A stretch of DNA of 64,000 nucleotides from an uncultured Candidatus Berkelbacteria bacterium (lineage in GTDB: Bacteria > Patescibacteriota > UBA1384 > UBA12157). A model generated the notes under the pieces. It was not told the DNA's origin. It was given only the letters and a program-made list of their open reading frames with translations, and ran no database searches. Shown here piece after piece: positions 38,901 to 53,900 of this stretch; within the stretch, counting starts at the first letter, position 1, and each line of letters opens with the position of its first letter. The DNA is taken from the NCBI GenBank assembly GCA_903877885.1, contig CAIRFN010000011.1, positions 9,281-73,280 of the forward strand, written 5' to 3'. The position numbers and the translations under genes were made by a program.

Positions 38901-41900
38901 CGGCACACTTTCCGATACAATAGTTTGGGATACGTTTGCTAATTTTGGTAGTACATCTGGTTTAAATAGTACCGGATTGGCGCCAAACACAACCTATACT
39001 TATTCGGTGGCGGCTAAGAATGGCGACAACGTTACTACTGATTACTCAACTTCTGCTCAAGCGACAACCTTGACGACTCATACTATTACGACTTCAGTAA
39101 CCGGCGCTAATGGTACAATTAGTCCAACTCCAACTGTGACGGTTGACCACGGCACCAGTCAAGATATTACCATCACTCCAAGTTCCGGTTACTATGTTGG
39201 TAGTATTATTGTTGATTCAACCACTCATATTTTAACTGATTTAACTACGCCAAATCCGTATATTTATACTTTTTCCAATATTACCGCCGACCACACAATT
39301 GCCGTTACTTTTGTAGCCAATAATACCAAAGTTTGGGACGGTGAATCTGATTCCAATTGGTCAACGGCGGCTAACTGGACCGGTAACACAGTGCCAACGG
39401 CCACTGATGCAGTCATTTTTGATTCAACTGCGACGACCGCCTCGACCATTGATTCTTCCTTTGCTGGCACAATTGCGGCATTAAATTTAAATTCTGGTTA
39501 TACCAATACTTTGTCAGCGACATCAGGTTTAACTGTCACTGGTGATGTCACTTTGGCGGCTGGGACATTCTCGCCTGGGTCACAAACCATTAGTGTTGGT
39601 GGCAATTGGGATTCATCCGGTGGTACCCTCACGCCTGGCAGTTCAACTATAGATCTAACTGGTACAGGTACACTTAAAACAAAGAACGTTTCTTCTCCAC
39701 CGTATGATTTTTATAATCTAAAATGCGCACACAATACTAAAACCACAACACTCCAAAATGGAGTCCGCATATCAAACTTCGTCTATCTTTATTCTGGTGG
39801 CATCGTCGGTGGCAACTCTCTATATTTATATAAGTCTGATGGTGATCCTGTTGTTAATACCGGGGCGACGATTAATGGCGCGATCCTTTATAGGCCGAGT
39901 GCAGATATAACTGTTGCCGGGCAAGTTACCGCTGGTGACATCTATTACGGATCAGTTACCAATAATGCTACCATCACTTTGTCATCGAATGTTGCTACTA
40001 TTGGCGACATTCATATCAACAGTCAAAATACTGGCAAGTTGGTAACCCTCAACTGCGGTAGTAATTCTATCTCGGCAGTTAATTTGTATTTGGGCGTCGG
40101 ATCACCTGGCGAGTATGATGGGAAGATTAATTTTGGTAGTAGTGCTTCTCATGTAATTTCTGGCAACATTGCTCGTATCGCTGGTGCTGATTCTACAGGT
40201 AATGCAATCGATTTTAATACGGCGACTGTGGCCGTTGGTGGATCGATTAATTTTACTGGCATCACTGTTACTCCTGGCACCTCGACTGTCAATATGACAG
40301 CGACGAGTGGAACCAAAAATATTACTTCAGCCGGACAAAGCTTCAATAACTTCACGATGAATGGAATAGGTGGGACTTTTGCGCCACTGGATGACCTGCG
40401 TGTAGCTGGCAATTTCACTCGCACAAACGGTACTTTTACGCCTGGAAGCAATACTGTTTATCTAACTGGAGCTGCTGGATCCACTCAAGTTATTTCGGGA
40501 TCAACAACGTTTAATAATTTGTCGGCGACCGGAACTTCAGCTCGAACAATTACCTTTACAGCTGGTACGACGCAAACAGTTAGCGGAACATGGACTGCCA
40601 CTGGCGCCAACGGTCAAAACTTAATTTTACAATCATCTTCTACTTCGGCTTGGAATATCAATCCAACAGCTTGGAATGTTAACTATGTGACCGTGAGTTA
40701 TTCAACTAACCAAGCTGCCAGCCCGATTAATCCGGCGCACTGGACTAACTCTGGCAACAATACTAACTGGACAACGGATGCTTCTTGTATCTGGAATGGC
40801 GGCGGCGCTGACAATAATTGGTCAACGGCGGCTAACTGGAATGGTGGCAATGTTCCAACTTCGACTTGCGCGGTTGTTTTCAATAGTTCTTCAGTGACTA
40901 ACTCTGTTATTGACGCTGGTTTTGCTGGCACGATTGCTTCACTATCTCTTAATACCGGCTATGCTTACACTCTTTCGGCTACAGCTGGTTTAACTATCAC
41001 TGGTGATATTACCTTAGTTGCCGGCACATTTGCACCTGGATCACAAACCATTAATGTTGGTGGGTCTTGGACCAACACTGGTGCCACCTTTACCAAAGGC
41101 ACTTCGACTATTAATTTCAATGGTTCTGGTTATCCAACAATTACAACCAACAACCAAGATTTTTACAATGTAACTGTGGCTGGTCAAGGTGGTGCTGAAT
41201 CCAATCTAGCCCATAATTGGAAACTTGATGAGAATACTGGTACTTCCACCAGTGATTCAGTAGGATCATTAAATGGTACTTTGACTGGTAGCGTCTCATG
41301 GATTAGTCCAGGCAAATATAGTAATGCTGTTTCCATGAATGGCAGCGGTCAATATGTCCATTTTGGGAATATTTCAAATACGTCAACAGAGACATATACG
41401 ATGTGGTTTAAGGATAATGGTTCGTATCAAACATCGAGTGGATATATTGGTTCAACTTTGATTAGTCAAGGTCAAACTGGTTGTCAGGGACTCGGTATTT
41501 ATATTGCTACTGGCAATAAAGTTCGCGCCTATGACTGGAATGGCGGCGCACATGATATTATTACAACCGATACCTTTAATGTTGGCGCTTGGAACTTTGT
41601 AGCCTTCACTAGAACTTCCGGTGGCTCTGCTACTATTTCCTTGAATGGTGGTACACCGGTGACTCAATCTGGCTGGTCGAACAACTTCAGTTATTGTGGT
41701 GCCAATTTTAACATTAATCGAATAGTCAACGATAACAACAGTACTTTTAAAGGTCAAATCGATGAAGTTCGTCAATATAATACTATCTTGTCGCCAACAG
41801 CGATTAGTAATCTTTATAATTATAATAACTCTGTTGGTGTCGGCGCGTATTCATTATCTTCGGCTTTGACTGCGACTAATAATTTAACCATGACTTCTGG

Positions 41901-44900
41901 GTCTCTTTCAGCCGGATCAAATAATTTAACTGTCGGAAATTATATTCAAAACAATGGCACTTTTTCAGCGCCAGCCTCAAGTAACTCAATGAATGTTTCT
42001 GGTAACTTTACTAATTCCGGTGGGACTTTTACTCATAATTCCGGCACAGTTAGTTTAACCGGGGCAAGTAGTTCGACTCAAACTATTGCTGGTTCGACAA
42101 CTTTCAATAATTTAACGGCCACGGCCACAGCGGCGCGAACAATTAGTTTCACTAATGGCACAACTCAAACCGTTTCCGGAACATTGACTTTAACTGGTGG
42201 TACTGATTCTGGCCAAGCCAAAAATATTACTTTATCTCGCTCCGGCGCCTCTGGTGTTTGGTCAATCAATCCAACCGCTTGGAATATTGATTATGTGACG
42301 GTTTCTAATTCTACCAATCTAGCTAGTTCGCCAATTGCGCCGGCTCACTGGACTGATGTTAGCGGTAATACTAACTGGGCGCCGGCGGCGCCAGCTGTGA
42401 CAACCGCGACGACAGTCGGGACTAACATTTTTACGACTACAGCCACAGTAAATGGGACAATTACTTCTAAAAATGGCGCCACTATTACTGCTTGTGGTTT
42501 CTTTGTCGGCACGACTCAAGGTAATGCGGTGGAAAAAGATTCGACTAATTGCGACTTGGCTGTGCCGAATGCGATTACTTATAATTTAACCGGATTAACT
42601 GCCAATACTACTTATTCGGTCCGCGCTTTTACTACTAATTCTGGCGGTACTGGCTATGGCAGTTGGCAAACCTTTGCTACTATATCGAACACTCGAACTT
42701 GGGATGGCGGCGGCGCTGACAATAATTGGTCAACGGCGGCCAACTGGAATGGCGATGTGGCGCTTGAAGCTGGTAATGATGTCGTCTTCAATGCAACCAG
42801 TACTAAGGCTTCCTATATCGACGCTAGTTTTGCTGGCACTATTAATTCTCTGTCGGTCAATACGGGCTATACCAATACTATCTCGGCTTATCGTTCATTG
42901 ACGGCGACAGGTGATATTACTTTAAACGCTGGTACCTTGGCTCATGCTGATAATTCGATTGCTCAAACCTATTATCTCGATATCACGGCCGCCAATATTA
43001 CTATTAATTCTGGCGGTAAAATTGATGTTACCGGACTTGGCTTTGACGGCGGTTCGTCTGGCAGCGGTGGCTATGGTAATGGCGGCGGTACGGTTAGTGG
43101 TACCTATGGCGGCGGCGGCGGTTTCGGTGGTAATGGTGGTAACACTTCAGCTGGCGGCGGCGGTGGTGCAGCCAATGGTAGTATTACAAATCCAGCAAGC
43201 CTCGGTTCTGGCGGCGCCAGTACAACAGGTTGTAGCGGCCAGGCTGGTGGCTCTGGTGGTGGTTATGTCAAATTGACAGTTTCAAATACTTTAAATCTCA
43301 ATAGCGGCTATGTCTATGCTGATGGTAACATCTCTGGTACTAACTGTGCTGGAGCTGGTTCGGGTGGCACTATAAATATCAGTGCTGGCACGATTGCTGG
43401 TAATGGTGCAATCAAAGCTTTTGGCGGTGCCAGCCAGGGTAATTATGGTGGCGGTGGCTCTGGTGGACGGGTTGCGATTGCTTATACAACTAGCAGTTAT
43501 TCCGGGACGATTTCGACTTATGGTGGCGCTGGTAGCGGTAGTGGCGGAGTGGCTGGTGGTGCGGGAACTCAATACACAAAAGATAATGGCCAAAGTTATG
43601 GCAACTTGACGATCAATAATGCTTCGACCACGGTTGGAGCGATCACAACAATTAGTACCGCTCTTGGTATGCCGGCGACATTAAATAGTTTAATTATTAG
43701 TGGAGCGACTAATATTACTCAATCAGATAATTTGACGGTAAATACCGACGGTACTTTTACGATCACAACTTACATTCAGAACGGTACTTTGACAGCCAAT
43801 AGTTTGACCACATTGACAGTAAATAGCGCTTTTTATCAGAATGCGGCTTTGAGCATGACAGGACTTACGACAGTAACATTGGCGGGAACGCTGCAATTAA
43901 CGAATAATACTAATCTAGGAACTGGCGCCAGTATTACCATTAATTCCGGTGGAAATTTGACTCACGCCGATAATTCAACAGCGCAGACAAATTACATTGA
44001 TATTTCGGCGGCAAATATTACTGTCAATTCCGGTGGGAAAATGGATGTTTCTGGGCTTGGTTTTGATGGCGGAGGAGCAGGACTATCCGGTTATGGCAAT
44101 GGTACTGGAACTGTTAGCGGTACCTATGGTGGCGGTGGTGGCAATGGTGGAAATGGTGGCAACACTTCAGCTGGCGGTGGCGGCGGCGGGGCAAATGATA
44201 GTATCACAAATCCGGCCAGTCTTGGCTCTGGTGGCGCCGGCATATCGGCTTGTGGTAATCGGACTGGCGGCTCCGGCGGCGGCTATGTTAAATTGACTGT
44301 CTCGGGAACTTTGAATCTCAATTCCGGTTATATATATGCTGATGGCAATGATGCTGGCGGCAACTGCGCCGGGGCTGGTTCTGGCGGAACTATCAATATT
44401 AGTGCTGGCACAGTCACCGGTAACGGTGCAATCAAAGCCTTCGGTGGCGCTGGTGGTGGCGGCGGTAACTATGGTGGTGGCGGCGGTGGCGGCCGAGTGG
44501 CAATTACTTATACGACCAGTACTTACTCCGGTACAATTTCGACTTATGGCGGTGCCGGTGGTAATAACGGCGGAGTGGCTGGTGGAGCTGGAACACAATA
44601 CAAAAAAGACAATGCTTTAAGTTACGGTGATTTAACAATTGATAATAGCCCGACTGCGGCCGGGGCCAAGACTCCATTGCTAGCTACGACTACTTCCATC
44701 AATACGTTGACCAACCAAAACAATGCCAATCTTGATTTAAATGGCAAAACATTGGAAGTTGCCAAAAACTTTACTAATACTGCTACTTTCACAAGTAATT
44801 CCGGCACAGTTAGCTTTATTGATGCGACTCAAACTTCGATTATTTCTGGAACAAATAGTTTCTATAATTTAAGTTCAACAATAAATGATAAAGCGATCGC

Positions 44901-47900
44901 TTTTGCTTCCGGCGCTGTTCAAACTGTGACTGGTATATTTACGATGACCGGCACTAGCGGTCACAACATTATCTTGTCCCGATCTGGTGGATCTGATCCG
45001 ACTCAATGGCAAATTACGCCAACCGCTTGGAATGTTGATTATGTCACAGTTAGCAACAGTAAAAACAATGCGGCCAGTAAAATCAATCCAGCCCACTTTA
45101 TTGATGGTGGTAATACGACTAACTGGTTCCAAATTGCGCCGAGCGCTGTCACAATTAGTTCAATTACTACCACTGGCTTTACTGTTGGTTGGACTGACAA
45201 TTCGTCTGATGAAACCGGCTTTGGCGTTTATATCGCCGCTGGTACTTCAGATTGTTCAACCGCGACTTATTCCGGTACGCCAGATTATACTGCGGCGGCC
45301 AATGCCGTTAGCCAAGCAGTGACCGGGAAATCGGTTAATACCCAATATTGTGCCAAAGTTCGAGCTTTGAATGCCACTAGTGGTTCAGCACCAGTTTATT
45401 CCTCGCCAATCTATACCTTAGCTAATGTACCTTCGGCGCCGACTTTAGGGACGCCAACAGCTTCATTAATTCCAGTGACGATTAACGCCAATTCTAATCC
45501 AGCTAATACCACTTATGCGATTAAAGTTGTAAATGGTGGCACAAACTATATTCAAACTGATGGTACTTCTGGCGCTTCTGCGGTTTGGCAAGATTTAGCG
45601 ACTTGGGGAACGCCAAAAAATAATACTGGCTTAACCTCTAATACCCAATACACTTATTCTGTGGCGGCGACTAATGGCGACGGTACGGCTACCGATTATT
45701 CCTCAACTGCTCAAGCGACGACTTTAGTGACTTATAATATTACGGCTTCGACTGACGCGAATGGCACGATTTCACCACTTGGTGTTACATCGGTAGCTAG
45801 CGGTGGTACTCAAGCTTATACTTTCTCTGGAAACTCCGGTTATCATATTTCGACATTATTGGTTGATGGTGTTGCTCAATCGACTTTAACTAGTCCGTAT
45901 ACTTTTACTAATGTGACAGCTACTCATACGATTGCGATTACGACTGTGGCTGATAATACTTGTGTTTGGACTGGTTTGGGGTCAGGAACTAATAGCAATT
46001 GGTCCAACACTTTGAACTGGTCTGGTAATGCAGTACCGACTGCGACCTGCGATGTCATTTTCAATGCTACTTCGGCGACGACTTCGATCATTGATTCCGG
46101 TTTTACAAATTCAATTAAATCCTTATCTATAAATTCTGGTTACACTAGTACAGTGTCGGTATTACACGATATTAATATAGGCAACTTTAGCCTAGCAGAT
46201 GGTTATTTCGCACCTGGATCTAACTCTGTTAATGTGATAGAAAACTGGAGTATCACTGGCGGTATCTTTACGAAGGGCAATTCTACGATCAATTTAACAA
46301 ATTGGGTTCAAGACCATACAATTAATACAAACCAAGCATTTTACAATCTTCATATTGGTATTGCTGATCAAACCAAAGTCTCCCTGCTCTCAAATATTAC
46401 CGTTGACCATAACCTATCTATTGAACATGGAACTTTAGATGCTAATGGGTATGATATTGCGATTGGCGATGGCGGTACATTTGCTGATCAAAACGGCTTA
46501 TTTACCGCTGTAACTGGCACAGTTAATTTGGCTGGTTCGGCTACAATTTCAGGGGATACAACATTTAATAATCTTTCGGCTACCACCGGCGGCAAAACTA
46601 TTTCTTTCGCGGCTGGTTCAACTCAAACTGTGACTGGCACTTTGACTTTGACTGGAACTTCTGGTTCAACTTTGACTTTGAATCGATCTGGTAGTTCTGG
46701 CATTTGGTCGATTAATCCAACAGCTTGGAATATTAATTATGTCACCGTTTCTAATTCTACTAATTTAGCCGGTTCACCAATTAATCCGGCGGTTTGGACT
46801 GATAGTAGTGGTAATATTAACTGGTCAACTTCCGCTCCGGCCGGAGTAACGATGACTAGTCTTTCGACTACAGGGTTCACAGTCGGTTGGACTGATAATT
46901 CTTCGAATGAAGATGGTTTTAAGGTTTACATTTCCACTACCCCAAATGCGGATTGTTCTTTGGCTACCTATCCAGGCACGGCCGATTATACTATTGCCGC
47001 CAATACTACAACTAAAGCGGTGACTGGTAAATCAGTTAATACCCAATATTGCGCTAAAGTCACAACCTATAATGGTACTCACGAATCAACACCGGTTTAT
47101 TCATCGCCAACTTATACTTGGGCTAATGTACCTTCGACACCAACTTTGGGCACAGCTGGATCAAGCACGATTCCAGTCACCATCAATCAGAATTCCAATC
47201 CATCAAATACGACTTATGCGATTAAAGTCACTTATAGTTCATCAACTAAATATGTCCAAGCCAATGGAACTTTAGGCGACTCGGCAGTTTGGCAAGATTA
47301 TGCGACTTGGGGTGGTGCCTCTGGGTTTACATCCACCGGTTTAACAGTTAATGTCCAATATACTTATTCGGTGGCGGCCAGAAACGGAGATAATACCGTA
47401 ACAGCCTATAGCACAACTGCTCAAGCTACGACCGTCGGTTCTATTATCTCAGGTACAATTTATACGGCAGCTAATAAATCGACCAATGTTGGTTCTGGTA
47501 AAACTGTTGGTATTACGGTTAATGGTGGTACGAATGTGACAACTGGTACGACTGATGCTAACGGCGCATTTGCCATTCCTATCATTGCTACAACTAATGA
47601 TAAACTTGGAATTTTCCTTTCCGACGCTGTCGGTGAAGCCAATCTTTTCACTTTTGCTATCGACTCAACAACAAATATTTCTGGGTTGGAACTTTACACT
47701 AATACCATTATTTTACGCAGCGAAACTGCTAATCCGATGACAAATGCGGCAATTAAACAAATTAGTACTTGTTCGGTTTGCAGTACTCATATTCACGTGA
47801 CCAATCCAACTGGTAGTAAAATTAACTTTGATGAAGGCTACAGTGTCTTAATCGATGCCAATAAGACCTACACACCTGGCGCGGAAATTGGTACAGTCGG

Positions 47901-50900
47901 TAATTTGTTGGTCAAAGGTACTTTGAATTTGGAAGCTAACTACTTAACTATGACCGGTAACTTTGATTCAACTTCCGGCACAATTAGCCAATCCGGCGCC
48001 ACTGTCACATTCAGCAAAACTTCTGGCACTCAAACTATTACTACAAATAATCAGACTTTAGGAAATGTGGTTTTTGCTAACGGTGGTACTAGACAATTAG
48101 TTGATGGTATGGCCGTGGCTGGAACCTTTACCCAATCGGCTGGTGCATTAGACTTGTCAGCTCATAATCCAAACTGGTCAGTAGCCGGCAATATGGCTTT
48201 GGCTGGCGGCTCGGTCAGTAAGGGGACTGGTGCTTTGACTTTGAATGGCGATTTGTCCTACTTGGCTGCCACTGGTATTAACCCTGGTAATGTGGCCATT
48301 GGCGCTTCACCGGATACTGTCACTTTAAGTTCCGACGCTATTTATGATTCTTTAACGATTAATTCTGGCGATAAATTGGTGACCGCTGGCTACAATATTA
48401 CAGTTAATGGTGATTTGACGATCGATGGCGAACTTGATGCTACCACGGCCAGCAGCCGAAATTCGACTATCACTGTGTTTGGTAATTACGCCAATAATGG
48501 CACACTTGACACTTCGACTTCGACTTTTGATTTTGCTAAAACTTCTGGCACTCAAACTTTGAATACCGGCGGCACTGGTTCAACCAAAGTTTTGAATAAT
48601 CTAGTTCACTCTGGCACCGGCACTTTACAGCCAGTAACTAACCATCTTAAAGTCGATGGTTATATTATTAATGCCAATGGTCCGTTCGATGCTAATAGCT
48701 TGAATATTAATGTCGCTGGCAACTGGTCCAATACTAATACTTTCACGGCCGGCAATGGCACAGTTACCTTTGATGGCGCTGGTGGCACTACTCAAGTTGT
48801 TTCCGGTTCAACCACATTCAATAATTTAACTGCGACGACCAGTTTGGCTCGAACAATTAACTTTGACATTAATTCGACTCAAACCGTGACCGGCACATTG
48901 ACTTTAACTGGTATTAATAGTCATTTGTTAACTCTCGGCCGAAATGGCGGATCTGACAATGACCAATGGAATATTATCCCAACCGCTTGGAACGTTAGCT
49001 ATGTCACAGTCAGCAATTCTTATAACCAGGCTGGTAGCGCTATTAATCCAACTCACTCGGTTAACGGCGGCAATAACCAAATGTGGTTTTCGCCAACTGC
49101 GCCGTCTGGCGTGACCATTGATACAATTCACTCGACCGATGTGATGGTTCATTGGACAATTAATTCACTGGAAGATTTTGGTAGCAAAGTTTGGCTTTCG
49201 ACTCTGGCTAATGACGATTGTTCTTTGGCGACCTATCATGGTTTACCAGATGCGACCACTTCGGCTGGCGTGGCTGCTGAATTATTCGAAGGCTTAACCG
49301 CTAATACCAAATATTGCGCCAAGGTTGTGACTGTATCAGCGCCTAATGGCGACTCCGCGCCATACTTTAGCGCGCCAAAATATACGGCCGCCAATATTCC
49401 AAATGATCCGATTTTGGGTACCGTTACTTCTGGTACAATCCAAGTGAATTTAAATGGTGGTACTTTACCAAAATACGCGATTAAAGTAGTTACTGGCGCG
49501 ACAACTAAATATTTAGCCATCAATGGCACACTTTCTGATACAGCAGTTTTCGACACTTATACTAATTTCGGCGGCGCATCTGGCATAACTAGTACTGGTT
49601 TAGTGGCCAATACTTCCTACACTTATTCTGTCGCTGGTCAAAATGCCGATGGCTTAGCCACTGATTATTCAACCGGCGCAGCCAAATCGACTTTACAAAC
49701 TTATACCATTTCTACTTCGGTTTCTGGCTCCAATGGCACGATTAGTCCAACGCCGACGGCGACCATTGATTCTGGTGCCAGCCAAAATATTACGATTACA
49801 CCATCAAGCGGTTACTATATCGGTCAAATTGTGGTTGATGGCACCTCATTGACTGGTGTTCTAACTTCACCATATTCATTCACTAATATTACTGCCAACC
49901 ATACTATCGCGGTTAGTTTTACCAATACCAATACTTGTGTTTGGGATGGCGGCGGCACTGATTCGAATTGGTCAACGGCCAACAACTGGTCTGGTAACAC
50001 CGTGCCAACTGCTACTTGTAATGTGATTTTCGATGGCACTTCCAGTACACCTTCAACGATTGATGGCGATTTTGCCGGTACTATCGCTTCGATTACAATG
50101 AATTCCGGTTACTCTGATACCTTGACTGTCGATCGAGATCTAACCATTACCGGAACTTTGGTTTTGAGTGCTGGTACATTTGCCGCGGGCGACAATACTA
50201 TCACTTTAACTGGTTCAGGCACACCGTTTGTAATTTCCGGCGGCACATTTGATGCTGGCACTTCAACTTTCAAATATCAATCGGTTGCCAATACAAACGT
50301 GGCTACAACCAGTTATCACAATTTGGAATTTATCGGTCCAGAACAAGCAACACCATCGATTTGGATTAGCAACATGATGTCTGGATTGGGCACTAACGCT
50401 TGTAGTTACAGTAAAATGGCGACTGCTACGGGTAGTGTATCTGGAACTTATCCTGCCAATGCCATCGGACCAAAATCAATTGCCTTTGATCCATTAAATA
50501 ATTTTGTTTGGGCAACCTGTGCAGATTCAGTTTACAAATTAAATGCCACGACCGGTGCTATTATCGGCTCTTTTAACACTGGCTCACCTCAAGGTATTGC
50601 TATCGACGCTTCTGGTAATGTTTGGGTTGATAATAATTTTCCAACTAAGTTTTTTGAACTCAATGGCCAAACAGGTGAAATTATGGCAAGTCATCAATTT
50701 GGTAATGGTAACGATGGTTCGACATCTGCAATGGTAGCTGATTCTACCGGGCATATTTGGATGGCTAGACATATCACTGGCCTATCGGCGGTGATAACTA
50801 AAATAAATGTGTCAGACGCTTCGATTGCTGGCGAATACCAAACTAATATTGATTCAGGTGTTTCTGATATGGCAGTAGATGCTTCTGGTAATATCTGGAT

Positions 50901-53900
50901 TGCTAATGTTGAAAATTCGAGCGTTACAAAGATGAACGGTTCGACCGGTGTGGTGATTGGAACTTACGCGGCTGGTAGTCAACCTTACGGCATTTCAGCC
51001 GACCTAACTGGTCATATCTGGGTTGCAAATTATGTCTCAAGTTTGAAAGAAATAGACAGCTCAAATGGTAGTATTCTTCACGATTATCCAATTCAGTCCT
51101 ATGCAATGGGTTTGTCGCTAGATGCTTCTGGCAATATTTGGGTCGGTGACCAGAACTATGGTGGCGGTACTGGTGTCCAAAAAGTAAGAGCTTCTGACGG
51201 TACGGTTTTAGGAACTTATAGTGCAAGTTACAACTATCGAACATCAGTCTTAGGTGATGCGACTGGCTTTAAATACTTGAATTTTGTCTTGGGTGATGGC
51301 ACGATGCCCAAATACACGCTTGGTGCCGGAACTTTGAATGTGAATAATCTGACAATTGGCGACACTACCACACCATCGTTTGTGACTGCCGCCACTCACA
51401 ACCCAACTATCAATATTTCTGGCGATTTAGATCTTAAAGCCAATGGAACACTAACTGCATCAGGAACTCATACTTTGAGTTTGGCTGGCAACTGGACTAA
51501 TGCCGGTACTTTCAATGCTAACGGTGGCACAGTCAATTTAACAGATAATTCAACTATTTCCGGTAGTTCGACTTTCAATAATCTTTCAGCCACGACTGGC
51601 GGTAAAACCATTTCCTTTGCGGCTGGTTCAACTCAAACTGTTTTAGGAACTTGGACGGCGACTGGCAATAGCGATTCCAATATTACTCTAGCTCGATCTG
51701 GTTCCAGCGGTATTTGGTCAATTAATCCAACCGCCTGGAATGTGGACTATGCCACAGTTTCCAATTCAACAAATCTAGCTTCCAGCCCAATCAATCCACC
51801 GCATTGGACTAATTCCGGTAATAACACTAACTGGTTAACTCCGGCGGCAACGGGCGCTAGTATTACCAACCTAACCTCGACTGGTTTTGATGTGACCTGG
51901 ACCGATAATTCTTCTAGTGAAGATGGTTATAAAGTTTATATTGCCGCCGGCGCATCTGATTGCTCGACCGCGTCATATTCCGGCACTGCCGACTATACTG
52001 TCGCCGCCAATACTACCACTAAATCTGTGACTGGCAAATCCGTCAACAGCCAATATTGCGCCAAAGTGACGACTTATAATGGTTCATATGAATCCACGCC
52101 GGTTTATACTAATTCCGCTTATACTTTAGCTAATGTGCCGAGTGCGCCAACTGCGGCCGCCCAATCATCGACTTCGGTTAAAGTTACGATTAATCAAAAT
52201 TCCAATCCGTCAAATACGACTTACGCGGTTAAAGTAGTTTATGGTGCAACCACGAAATATCTTCACACTGACGGGACATTAAGCGATTCGATTACTTGGG
52301 AAACTTACGCTAACTTTGGTGGCGCCAATGGCATTACCAATACTGGATTAACTACCAATACTCAATATACTTATTCAGTCGCGGCCAAAAACGGCGATGG
52401 TACAGCGACCGATTATTCTTCGACTGCTAATGCCACAACTTCGTCGACTTACGCGATTTCGGCATCTGTCTCTGGTGGTCATGGAACTGTTAGTCCAACT
52501 TCTGCCAATAAAGAAGCCGGCGCCAGCCAAGATATTACTATTACACCAGATTCTGGTTATTATATTGCCAGTATTGCTGACAACGGTTCAAGTCTGACCG
52601 GTACTTTGAGCTCGCCATATTCTTTGACTAATATTTCCGCCGCTCACACCATTGTCGTGACTTTTGTCGCCAACGGTACTTGTATTTGGGACGGCGGCGG
52701 TTCAGATAATAACTGGACAACGGCCAATAACTGGACCGGTAATGCCGCGCCAGATGCTAATTGCGATGTTATTTTCAATGCGACTTCAACCAAGGATTCG
52801 ACGATTAATACCACAACTCACTTCAAGTCAGTTTCCTTTAATTCCGGATATAGCGGTACAATAACTGATAGTTCAACTTTCAATGTTGATGGTAACTTGA
52901 ATTTGGCTAGCGGTACATTTAACGCTGGGAGCCAAGCTATTAATATTGGTGGTAACTGGAACAATACCGGCGCTACTTTTAATCCAGGTAGTTCGACTGT
53001 AACTTTCACTTCGACCAGCTCTGGTAACACCATTAAATCTTCCAATCAACATTTCAATAATTTTGTTCTTTGGGGCAATGGCGGCGACTGGACCGCTCAA
53101 GACAATATCAGTGTCGATGGTAACTGGTCAAGATTTGACGGTACCTTTATTCCAAGTGACTACACGGTTAATTTAACCGGCGCGACTGGATCGACTCAAA
53201 TTTTAACCAACGATACTACTTTCAATAATCTGACGGCCACAGCGACTGGCGCTCGCACGATTCAATTTGCTGGTGGCTATACTCAAATCGTTTTGGGGAC
53301 TTGGACGGTGACTGGCTCGGATAGTGGCAATATTACTTTGGAATTAAAATCCGGCGATGGCGATTACTGGCGAATCACTCCAACTGCTTGGAATGTTAAT
53401 TATGTGACTGTTTCTAACTCGATTAACAATGCTTCCAGTCCAATTAATCCGGCGGTTTGGACTAATGGTGGTGGCAACACCAACTGGGCAATTGGTCAGC
53501 CAACCGGTGTGACTTTAGCTACACCAACCACCACTGGTTTTACTGCTAACTGGTCCGAATCAATTCAAAACGGTAACGGTTACAAAGTTTATGTTTCGAC
53601 AACTGCTAACTCTGATTGTTCGGCGGCAACTTATCCAGGCACAGCTAGCTATACGATCAATTCAGCTTCAACTTTAACAAAAGACGTGACTGGCAAATCA
53701 GTCAATACTCAATATTGTGTCGCAGTCAAAGAAACCAGCGCGACAGGGGATTCAGCTTTGGCTTACTCGAATCCACTTTATACTTTGGCTAACACGCCGG
53801 GTCAGCCAACTGTGAATGTGCTTGGTTCAAATTCGATTAATGTTAAAATTGATCAGAATTCCAATTCGGCTAATACGACTTACGCTATTAAAGTGGTGAA

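Noticed and set aside
42960-44640. Possible CRISPR array or simple-sequence repeat suggested by highly repetitive G-rich DNA (GGCGGCGGTGG...)
   Set aside because: The repeats are in-frame and encode the Gly-rich protein module. There are no uniform 28-37-bp direct repeats with unique spacers and no cas genes. No CRISPR array was seen anywhere in the window.
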